Below, one piece after another: positions 12,633-23,310 of a stretch of DNA of 64,000 nucleotides. The position numbers were made by a program, and so were the translations under genes. Within the stretch, counting starts at the first letter, position 1; the number at the start of each line of letters is the position of its first letter. The notes under the pieces were generated by a model that saw only the letters and a program-made list of their open reading frames with translations, had not been told where the DNA came from and searched no databases. The stretch is taken from positions 34,908,001-34,972,000 of the forward strand of contig NC_087245.1 of the NCBI RefSeq assembly GCF_037042905.1. The letters are read 5' to 3'. Source of the DNA: Lytechinus pictus. Its lineage: Eukaryota.

Positions 12633-13233
12633 TAAAGAGGCTTTCATATGAGGAAATTATAATTTGTAAACAAATTTTTCCGCATTACTCCTATGTGTTT
12701 AAGATTGCATGCTCGATCTGTAATGAAAAATCATAAGTCAGAAAAAATTGGAACCAGTGGGATTCGAACCTGCCATCTACTGCTTTCCGGGCAGCGACTT
12801 AACCACCAGGCCATTCTGGTTCACGGCTAAATCACGATGAACTGGAATTAAAATACCCTCGATCCTCTTCTTTCTGATTCATTAATATGCAAATGCAGTC
12901 CGCCATGGACAATAGATAGTAAATAAAGAGGCTTTAATAGGAGAAAATTATAATTTGTAAACAAATTTTCGGCATTACTCCTATGTGTTTAAGATCGCAT
13001 GCTCGATCTGCAATGAAAATCATAAGTCAGAAAAAATTGGAATTCAAATATCCTCTTCTTTCTGATTCATTAATATGTAAATGATAGGAGGAAATTATAA
13101 TTTTCGGCATTACTCTTACTGGCTTTCTGACTTATGATTTTCATTACAGATCGAGCATGCGATCTTAAACACATAGGAGTAATGCTGAAAATTTATTTAC
13201 AAATTATAATTTCCTCCTATTAAAGCCTCTTTA
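12633..13233. mobile_element. Unclassified element: ~115-bp unit R in direct (12633, 12924) and inverted (13124-13233) copies, enclosing a tRNA-like sequence
   Basis: R = taaagaggctttaataggag..ggcattactcctatgtgtttaagatcgcatgctcgatctgtaatgaaaatcataagtcagaaa. Period 291 bp; partial R copies at 12134-12197 and 13085-13115. Confidence 0.75.
12750..12822 (-). pseudogene. tRNA-like sequence (pseudo-tRNA, GGA in anticodon position)
   Basis: Perfect 7-bp acceptor stem GAACCAG/CTGGTTC, A-box TGGCCTGGTGG, anticodon arm GCTGC-CCGGAAA-GCAGT, B-box GGTTCGAATCC, followed by T6. T-stem is poorly paired and U33 is absent. Confidence 0.6.
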
Positions 13234-15108
13234 AAAATAGTCCAGCTGTTTTGATACAGTCACTGAACATTTACTAGTAACAATGACAGCATTAATATTT
13301 AATGTGTGTATGTTATTAACAAAACTTTGAGTGAAACTGATGGTGGTTACTCACGTTTGAGACGGAGGCTACTTTTAAACGGGTTTGAGACGATTTTTAA
13401 ACTTGTCGCAGAGACGTCTTCTGAGGCCCCACGATGTCCCATTAGTCTCAGGAATCTCAAAACCGTCTCCAAATTGTCCAAAATCTGTCTCAGAGATGTC
13501 TCCAATACTAGTCTGATTCGATTTTGTCTATAACCAGTTGGTCTAACTATCTTTTGGTCTATGTAGCACTTCGACTATTCACATTTCGTCTAATGCCCAC
13601 TTCGTTTTATACCGTCCATTTGATTTATCACCACTTGGTTGCTCTCAGTAAACAAACTGGTAATAGACTAAATATTCATTTCAGTCTGGAAATTATTATA
13701 ATAGATATAAATAGTCTCATTAATATGATAGGTCTGCGCTGTGACTTGACTGATTTGTACTATCATGTTTTGTTTTAGAAATTCTTCGATGCTATTTTTT
13801 TCATGAAAACTTTGGACATTAGCTTTCAAATGAATTTGATTTGAACAGGAACTTGTGAATCTCCCTGATTTTGATAAACACAGAAGTATCGAAGCAGGGG
13901 CGGATCCAAGTTTTTCCAAAGGGGGGAAGGCACATTTTCCTGAGGAAAATTCGACTAGCAAAAGAAAAAAATTCAGCTAAAATTGAAGGGTTTTTTTCTT
14001 CATGAAAAATTTGACCTAAACAAATGTTTTCACCTAAAATAGAAGAGTTTTTTGTCCACAAAAAATTTGACAAGCAAAAAGACAAAAAAACTGAAAAAAA
14101 AGAAGGTATATTCCCATTACCAATAAAAAGTATATTCCCATTACAAATATATGCTGTAACTTTCAAAGGGGCACACTTGTGTAAAAACAGCATATTTACA
14201 TTTAAAATATTGATTCAGGCAAAATTTGCATGTCCATTCTTCTCCAACCTCCCAGCCCAGGTCCCTGACTCTCGACCGGCACGTCAGGTGGTGACACTAG
14301 AGACTAGAGTCTTCGGCTGGGTTCCAAGTCCAACACATTGACGGTAAAACCATGCAATTGTACAGCTTGGTCCGTGACATTTGATTGAATTTAATGTGAC
14401 GGAATGTCACAAGTGCAAACTGGGGACTTCAAGTCGTTGATTTTTCGAAACGGAGGGCTCTAAACATTAATATTTCGTTCGGGAATATCATCAGCATTGA
14501 TCAGGTTCTTGTTCAACGTCCATCTTGGCAAATGTAATGCTATCCCACTGTGCATTGCGCGAGTCATGTACATGTACTTCCGCAGGCTGTCGCGACCTCG
14601 AGCGGAATTTACGAGTGACTGCAGGGGATTCTTTACAAGCTTGGCTGATTGAGTGGGATCATTTCATTGGCACCTCGCATGCGACTAAGTGAACTTTTCG
14701 AGTTATATTTCCTTCTAACCTCCCATTTCCCTGCTCTATCTAACCCTATTCCCTGTTGCCAGAACAAGTGTCATGTCTCCCCTGAAGCCATTCATTTTCA
14801 CTCACTTTTCATTCCTTGATGTTGTATTAGAGGGGCTGAGCACAAAAGCTCTTTGTCATTTGAGGACAGTTAAAGTGTTTCACCATTATTGATTGGGGAG
14901 GGGGTAAGAATAGAAAAGGGGGTTGCTGCTAAGTGTGTCTGGTGGTCATGCTTGTACATGTAGAAGTACCAAATGCTTGGCTTTTTCTCTGACACTTCCA
15001 GATAGAGTTCTCTAGAACTGCTGCAAGTAGTATACCTGCTACATGTACGCGTTGATCCATGGATCCATGGTTGTTGATCCCCTTGAGTGCATAAAGTGTG
15101 TTTAGTGA

Positions 15109-15440
15109 GGCAGCGTAGCTCAGTCGGTTAGAGCGCATGTTTCGGATAAGATCGTAGATCTCAACGTGAGGGGTTCGAGTCCCGCTCATGCCGAAACGCG
15201 TCTAACAAAAAAGTCTGATGCTATAGCGTTGTGTGTTAGCGTGCCTCACCACTGTATTCAGTGCAGGTGTGAATACAGTTGGAAAACACTCCGTCCATCG
15301 GAAAGGACGCAAATGTTGGTCCCGTGTATAGGAGAGGTACAACCTATGCACGTTAAAACCAATACACTATTCGTCAAAGAGTAGGGTGTTCACCCGGTGT
15401 ACTGCACCTGCCGGTCCCGGCAAAATCCAGGTCAAGTACC
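15109..15440 (+). mobile_element. tRNA-derived SINE with Deu/Nin-like core (DeuSINE)
   Basis: A-box tagctcagtcgg and B-box ggttcgagtcc (15172). Core ccgtccatcggaaaggacg..ggtcccgtg..gcacgttaaaa..aagagtagggtgttcacccggtgt resembles the DeuSINE/SINE3 core (recalled, not aligned). Confidence 0.75.
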
Positions 15441-17892
15441 CGATGCGTTTATGCCCAGAAGGGCCCTGCATCGTATACATCCAGATCCAGTTTCTTGAAG
15501 CATTGGAATATTAGTTTTTCTTCATATTTTGGAGGAGTTGATCATTATGAAATGTGTTTTGGACATATTCAGTGAGTATATGGCATAATCTAGACATCCC
15601 CTCTCACTCACAGTGTGCAGGATCGGTAGATTTGTTTATTTTGTTCTAGGTCCTCCCAAACTCTTAAATTGCAGAATTTTGTTGCTGTCTGGAAAACGTT
15701 AAGAATGAAACATCAAAGGCTACAACTGCGCAATTTGGAAAGTCAGTTATCTGAGTTACCTTATGTCATGAGTTGGGGCTTGAAGGGATTTGGGGATATG
15801 TATAGGTTTTGTGATACTAGTCTGTGATTATATGGATGCTCCAGGCTGACCATATTTATATCTCAATAAATAGAGTAAAATTCACCAAGCAAAATGCTGA
15901 AAATTGGATAACAAATAATAAAGTTATTGAATTTTAAAGATATATGCATTATTCCTGTGTTCAAAACAGTTCTAGGCATGTCTCCATGAATATTCATTAG
16001 GTGGGCTGATGATGTCATATCCCCACTTGTTCTTTTGTATTTTATTATGAAAATTTAAATATTCAAATCAAACATATCGAGGGCCCTCTCTTGGTTTTCT
16101 ATATTTACTTATCATGAAAAGGGCACTTTCAGCATTTATCTAGAAAATTTATGAATTGGATATTAAATCCGCTTCCTTCATACAAAGATTATATCCTGCA
16201 ATTTTCAGCCCAGTCCATACTGAGGAATAGGTTTTAAATCAAATGGAAAAACCATACAGATATTATGTTTTCATCAGGCGCCCATTTAAAATACATTTTC
16301 ATGTAAAATGTTGGTCACCAAAGTTATTGTGATTTTGTAACATTTCTTATTTTTATCAATAAAAATGGAAAGAAAAATTTGCCATGTCTCATTATTTACT
16401 ATCTATGATTTAACGGAGTATTGATTATCAGTTTAAAATGAATGATCAATACACTGACCCGTTCTCAGGATAATGTGCTTTATTTTTGTTTTCTTCATTT
16501 TAGAAATGCTATTAATCAATGGACTGACATGCTTGCACAAAAGCATTCTACAATAGCACTGCGAGTTAATCGCTTCTCTTGTGTTTTGAATCATACGTAC
16601 AGTTTACTGGATACAGTGTGCTTTCATCGTATTCCCTTTCAATGGGCTGTATCTACCAGGGTTTGTTTACAACTGAACCACTTGCTCGGGTTTCCTCTCC
16701 CACACTATACAAAATAATGTGGTTCCCTCTCGTTCTTGTTTTGAGAGGTCATACCTTTTCTTGTCTACGATACTATTAAGAAGGTTTCAAAAGAATATTG
16801 AAATGTCATCGCCACTGGGGGAAGTTATCCGGCACATATTTCACGCAGGTGGGTTTGCTGAATTAGCCAAGATTGTATATTGTGCATTTTGTCCATGGAT
16901 TTTGCTGTAGTCCCAGCTGTTGTGTACATGTTGTTGGTTTTCTTTCAATGAATAAAAAGTGTTGGGAAGCGTGCATTTGATTGTTCACTCTGATGAATGA
17001 AGTGATTCATTTTTTTTGCGATGATAATATTTGAACAATTTGTATCACAGCCTTGATTGAATCACAGTACAATGTAGGAGCTGAGAGGTTTCTGTAATAA
17101 TAAATATTCTCTTTTTCTGTATATGGAATGCTTGAAATACAGTGTTGATTTATAAATTCAATCTGTTATCCGATTTATTCACAAAGATTGTGCTAATTAG
17201 GTATTATGCTCATGTTTTCATTTTAAAGAAAATATTAGTTTTCAATAATAGATCTACAGTTATGAAACATCTTGCAAGGAGATCTCATGAATTACCTGAT
17301 ACGGTAAAAAAGGCATTTCTTCCGTCAGTCAAATAGTTCCAAAAGCTAATTGATGTATGTCAGTGACTGCCCTTCCTAGTAAAATAAAACAAAGACGGCA
17401 AAATACAGCTCCTCAAAAATATTAGATATTCGATGAACATTACTCTACCCGCCAAAATAATGGAATCTCCATATCTGATTACATTCATTGGACAACTCTG
17501 AAAAAAAAAGGAGGGGGAGAAATACAAGATATGCATGTAATTGTTTTGTTCTTAAAAATTACAAGTATAATAAAGTAAGACTTTGATATGCAGATGTGAC
17601 TCAAATGTGTGAAATGATGTGTGAAATTTGCAAAAGTATAAGGTTTAGTTTTCACATTACTTGATGAACAAGCTTCACATTAGTTTATATTCTTGAGGAG
17701 AATAAATGCACACCGAAGTGCTTAAATTTGAGAAAACTGGGCATAACCTAAATATATTGCAGAGAAGGTTATCAAAATCAGGCTAATAAATCGCTATAGA
17801 TATGTGTCTAAATTATCGTTTTTCATCCTATATTGTGCTGTGTTTCTTTTTCTTCACCCTTTTTTCCGGGGGGGGGGGGGGGGGACCCATTG

Positions 17893-18115
17893 GATCCCAG
17901 CCATGGCGTAATTTCCTTCAGCAAGAAATTTATCCACATTGTGCTGCACTCAACCCAGGTGAGGTGAATGGGTACCCGGCAGGATTAATTCCTTGAACGC
18001 ATGAGCGCTGAAAGGCAGCTCAAGCTAAAGCCGGGATAATAATAGTAATAAAAATGTGCCTTGGAATAGAATATTTCTAGATAGATGGCGCTATATAAAT
18101 GCCTATTATTATTAT
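17893..18115 (+). mobile_element. 5'-truncated SINE (Meta/CORE-like body, L2-type tail)
   Basis: tccttcagcaagaaattt..cactcaacccaggtgaggtgaatgggtacccggc body; tail ggcgctatataaatgcc(tat)n. Confidence 0.65.
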
Positions 18116-19367
18116 ACACGCCTGCCCCAGGTAACAGTTATTAGACTCATATAATTTGTTGTGTATGATACTAGCATGGATCCCACAAAGCCTATTGATT
18201 TTGAGGTCAAAAGGTCAAAGGTCAATGTCACATTGACATGTTTTCATCTTGCCCTTCTGCAGTCCTTGTAAACGCGATAACTTCAATTTAAGTTAACCTA
18301 GGCTCATATAATTTGGTGTGTATGATCTTGGACCCTACTATGGTATGATACTAGCATGGATCCAAGGAAGCCTTTTGATTTTTAGGTCAAAAGGTCAAGG
18401 TCACACTGACATGTTTTTTTCATACCCTTCTGAAGTCCTTGTAAACCCGATAACTTTAGTTTAATTAACCTAGGCTCATTTAATTTGGTGTGTATGATAC
18501 AAGCATGGATCCCAGGAATCCTATTGATGTTGAGGTCAAAAGGTCAAAGGTCAAGATCACAGTGACATGTTTTCATCTTAGTGATCTTACCCTTCTGAAG
18601 TCCTTGTTAATGTGATAGGCATAGCTTTAGTTGAACTTAACCTAGGCTCATATAATTTGGTGTGTATGATACTAGCTTAGATCCCAGCAGTTCTATTTAT
18701 TTTGAGGTCAGAAGGTCAAAGGTGAAGTTGCCATCCCCCACTTTTCTTGCTTGACCAAGAACTCAATTTTCTGTGTTACAGGTGGGTGTATTATGTGCTT
18801 GCCTAGCTACACTCTTGTTTATTAATTCAAACAAAATGACGTCATTTTAGGTACAGGTCAGGGAGAACTCCAATATGACTATTAGTGGTGTGTGGCTTGA
18901 TAGGCATGTCAATTTAATTAACCTAGGCTCATTTAATTTGGTGTGTATGATACAAGCATGGATCCCAGGAATCCTATTGATGTTGAGGTCAAAAGGTCAA
19001 AGGTCAAGATCACAGTGACATGTTTTCATCTTAGTGATCTTACCCTTCTGAAGTCCTTGTTAATGTGATAGGCATAGCTTTAGTTGAACTTAACCTAGGC
19101 TCATATAATTTGGTGTGTATGATACTAGCTTAGATCCCAGCAGTTCTATTTATTTTGAGGTCAGAAGGTCAAAGGTGAAGTTGCCATCCCCCACTTTTCT
19201 TGCTTGACCAAGAACTCAATTTTCTGTGTTACAGGTGGGTGTATTATGTGCTTGCCTTAGCTACACTCTTGTTTATTAATTCAAACAAAATTACGTCATT
19301 TTAGGTACAGGTCAGGGAGAACTCCAATATGACTATTAGTGGTGTGTGGCTTGATAGGCATGTCAAT
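18112..19367 (+). mobile_element. Helentron-associated (HINE/DINE-like) element with internal tandem repeats, plus a 453-bp tandem duplication of its 3' end and flank
   Basis: ~160-175 bp units with gaggtcaaaaggtcaaaggtca. Candidate subTIRs ttatacacgcctg (18112) and caggtgggtgtatta (18779). 18461-18913 is repeated at 18914-19367. Confidence 0.7.
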
Positions 19368-20689
19368 TTTTTAAATGCTTTTTAGCCTTTATTCAGATAA
19401 TAATATTACATTTTCTCATACATAGTGAATAAAATACCTATATAAAAGAATCATATAGCAATATAACAAAGGAAAAAATACATATTGTGATATAAATATT
19501 TCGGACAAAGATTATCATAACCCATAATACAGACAGATAGCATTTGATTTCACTCATATTTATCTTATGATGAAAAAAATATAAAACTTTAGACTTTTTT
19601 TAAAGTTCTGAACAGATGATAAAATTGATATATGAAATAAGTTGTTTAATAGAGAGAGATGTAAAGAGGTTATCCCATAATAATAATATATATACATACA
19701 TACATATATATATATATCTCCATAAGTCATGTTTGTAAAACGGTATGAATTCAGAAAAATTAAGTCTCTATGTTTATTCTTAGAAATATATACAACAATC
19801 TGAATAAAGAATTTATGTATAAAACACGCACAAAACCAAAACGAAATGTGAAAGGCGAACAGCCAAACCACACCCTGTCTACTTTATTTGTTTACCCATA
19901 GTTGCATGATGATTTATTTTATAATATATTGTTTTTATGGGTACTATTATTATTCTAATGCTACTTATGACTCTTATTTTTTCATTTTATCCAAATTGAG
20001 CATCGTAGCAAGATAACCATACATGTATATTGATGACACAAACTTGATTCCCCCCTTTGCGGTTTGCTGCCCTCTTTAGCTGAATTATGGTCAGTGTTTA
20101 TTTTTGGAGATCCAAGCTGTGTTAACATTGTTCAAATGGTAAAGACTATATTGACGTTGATTCAGCAGACTCAACCATATGATAAGGGCCAAGTCTGTTT
20201 TGTAGGCTTTGAATCAGACTACAAATCTTGAACTTGTAATTTTTCAGTCTTGCCTCAATTTTTTTTCTATAAAAAAGAACTTTGAAAAATTGTTCAAGGC
20301 GAGTCTCGAACGTGCATCAATGATCTTGACTGCAGTGAGCCTCAAATAGCGCATCGTTTTTACTGATCGCGCTACACCAGACGAGCTGGTCAATAAGTTG
20401 GACAGCTCCTTAAGAAAGTAATTGAAAAAGCATGGCTGGCTCCTTAAGTCTTTCTAGTACAAGCCACAAATTCTTATCAGCATTCTAATCCATGCTTTCA
20501 TCCCATCGTGATGGTGTATTTTAAATTTTGATAGTGAATGACCGTTCTTATGACAAAAAAAGTGATAAACTTGGGCTCCCTGAAACCCCTACAGGCTCCC
20601 TTAAAAGCATTCTACCATCATCATCATTACGGTCATTATCATAAATCACAATCATCAGCACCACCATCATTATCATCATCATAGTCATT

Positions 20690-22058
20690 CAGTGGCGTAG
20701 CTACGGGGGGCCTGGGGGGGCACGTGCCCCCCCTGAGATTTGGTGTGCCCCCCCAGGTGCCCCCCCCTGAAAAAAATTGGCAGAGCAAAAAAAAAGGGAG
20801 AAAGAAGAAAAGAAAAAAGGAAAAGAAGAAAGACAGAAGAAAAAAAAGAAGAGGAAAATAAGAGGAGGAAGACGAGTGAATGAAATAATGTGAAGGGAAG
20901 ACTTGCACAAAAACCCAAATCTTTCATGTTACTATATAAAACTTTTGCTTGCGCTTCGCGCCAGAATTGCCTGTTCGATGAGGTTCATATCTTGCTCAAT
21001 AGGCTGATATGGAGCAAGTTTTGAAGTCAATATACAAAATATATTTTAGCTCGGACATCGAGCTTTCATCAATTTTTCATTAAAAAATTTAAGTGCTCTA
21101 GCTGTAAAATGTCCCTTTTATAGTCTACCTATCAGCATTTTTAAGCTCACGCTGCGTGGTCAAATTGTTTGATTTGCCAAGTTCCTATTGTCAACGTGTA
21201 TTCCATAATGTTCCATTAAACAAATGTATTCAGACTGCCAAGATTCTAGGTCTAAATCTAAAACATGCGCGATAGCCTGCATGTTATATATATTAAATGT
21301 ACTTAAATTATCCAGTTTCACATCAGAATATCAATAATTGTCTGCTCACGCTTCATGATCGCATTATTAATGATACCCAATTAACTACTGTATATTCTAT
21401 TTATGATTTACAAAATATAAATAGTGTCCCGCTTTTAGGTCTAAAATCTCAATTTTCTTCCTCTCGCGCTCGCATCAATTGTTTAGTTACATAACTATCC
21501 CATTTATTAATATAAAAGTGCTTAGAATGACAATTTTTTAGGTCGGAATGTCCAAAAAATTTGCTCGCGCTTCGTGCTCGCATTATTGAAATATATACCG
21601 TCTTTGTGGGTAACTCTAAGCAGTCCTTAACAGGTCCCTTTTCGATAATGCTAGAACAGTTAATAAAATTTTCTGCTCACGCTTTGCGTTCGCAGTAACC
21701 ATCTAGTTTCATACGAATCTTGTTCAGGATCACACATAACATTGCCCAGAATATTAAATTTTCAGGACAAAATACATAAAAGTAACCCCAAAAAATCGCT
21801 CGCGCTTCGCGCTCGCACTTTTTATAAGGCTTATGAGACTATATCAAGTTACGTTGTTTTATAAGAATAAAACTAAGAAGTGACTGATCGGGGGAAATTT
21901 AGGTGAAGATAATTTCGGGCCCCGTCCCCTATTGGCGAAAGTCGGATCCGCCCTAATTGTGACACATACACACACAACAGAAAAAATGGTGCCCCCCCCC
22001 TGAAAGAGCAAGGACCCCCCAGTGCCCCCCCAGGAAAAAAATCCTAGCTACACCACTG
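20690..22058. mobile_element. Non-autonomous hAT-type DNA transposon
   Basis: TIR cagtgg(c/t)gtagcta, perfect 8-bp TSD TAGTCATT (20682-20689 and 22059-22066), G/C-run subterminals, internal gctcgcgcttcgcgctcgc repeats. Confidence 0.9.
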
Positions 22059-22061
22059 TAG

Positions 22062-22300
22062 TCATTATCATCATAATCATGATGATGTTGATGATTATCA
22101 TCATCATCATTAACATTTTCTTCTTCTTCATCATCATCATCATTATCATCATCGTCACCATCACTATCATCACCACCACCATCATCATCATCATCATAAT
22201 CATCATCATCATGATGATAAGGATGATAATGATTATGGCAATGATGGTAATAATGACTATGATGATGATAAAAATGATGATGGTGATGATGATCGTGATG
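22062..22300. repeat. (ATC)n/(ATG)n microsatellite
   Basis: ATC repeats switch to ATG repeats near 22210. The array continues on the other side of the hAT insertion (20615-20689). Confidence 0.9.
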
Positions 22301-22685
22301 TATGTTTTTTTATCACCACACACACACTATCTCCAAACTTTGTACACGCTTTTATGGTTGAACAAACATGTTTGAAAACTTGAGAATGAATAGGCCTACT
22401 ATTCGTACTGCATAAAATGCATTTTCTTTTACTGAAAATTTATCAGGGTGATTTAAATTTATTTACAAATCAGTGGTGGATCAAAAATTTGAAATTGTTA
22501 TGGGGCTCGACTAATTATGATTTAATGATTTGTCACCAAAATGTTGTGCTCACTCAACCATGAAAATATGTTATCTGAATTTGGTGTGGAGTTGTGAAAT
22601 GATGAATAGTAAAAAACCATAAGGACCATAAAAGTCACCAGAAACCAATTTCACCCAACTCTTTACTTAAGGTGTTTGCATGAGT

Positions 22686-23080
22686 TATACTAAAGGCGAA
22701 GTTGAGTTACTCCGGAGTAACTCCGTATTGAGTTGATAGGCTTGTACTGCGGACGGACATTACACCCCCTTTCAAACTGGCAAGCTCCGCAGTGGTGTAT
22801 CCACAGTGGTTTCCTTGGAATCTAAGCAAGTTCGCGTCATATGTGTGGCATGTGGAATCTTCCCCAGTGCAGAAATGAATGAAGTTATGTGGGAGATAGG
22901 TGATACCGCACTTCTGGTGCAGACTTACTCATTTGTAACCCTCTTCATGAAGTGGGTTGAGACTCTTCTTTGAATCCGGATTGAAGTAATCCTAGAATTT
23001 TCATACTGCCCTCCAAACTGGAGTAACTCCTTCTGAACTCTGGAGTAACTCCACTTCGGCCCTCAGTATGAAAGTGGTAT
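22686..23080. mobile_element. Degenerate MITE with gagttactc/gagtaactc subterminal repeats
   Basis: Left tatactaaaggcgaagttgagttactccggag versus right ctctggagtaactccacttcggccctcagtatg (inverted). Confidence 0.55.
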
Positions 23081-23184
23081 AACACAACCCCAAAAATCAG
23101 TATAGAATCACTGATTGGACTACATGTTATACTATGAACTTAGATTGGTTATCGCCTTGTTTCTTATTTTTCCCACCTTCACAG

Positions 23185-23310
23185 ATGTACCTGCCCGTCG
23201 GCTGAGCCGCAGCGCAGAGAATCTGGCTTCAGGAGGGCAGACTGCCACGCTGCCACCCAACATTCAGACGGTGAGACCATCATCACCCCAACCTTCAACA
23301 TTCACCAGAG
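23185..23310 (+). CDS. Internal coding exon (phase 1-1, 126 bp) of TMCC-like gene: (D)VPARRLSRSAENLASGGQTATLPPNIQTVRPSSPQPSTFTR
   Basis: Polypyrimidine acceptor ttcttatttttcccaccttcacag and donor agag|gtaaat. GC-rich and open; joins exon 50111 in frame to give TRGFKGLFH. Confidence 0.7.

Noticed and set aside
14333..14552. Transib/RSS-like CACAGTG termini
   Set aside because: No extended TIR match and no 5-bp TSD.
15109..15190. Functional tRNA gene
   Set aside because: No clean cloverleaf, and it continues directly into a SINE core.
20295..20385. Minus-strand tRNA-like A/B boxes
   Set aside because: Too degenerate to call; a similar weak SINE head lies at ~34315-34375.
22022..22375. Poly-I/poly-M ORFs on both strands
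   Set aside because: They come from the (ATC/ATG)n microsatellite.
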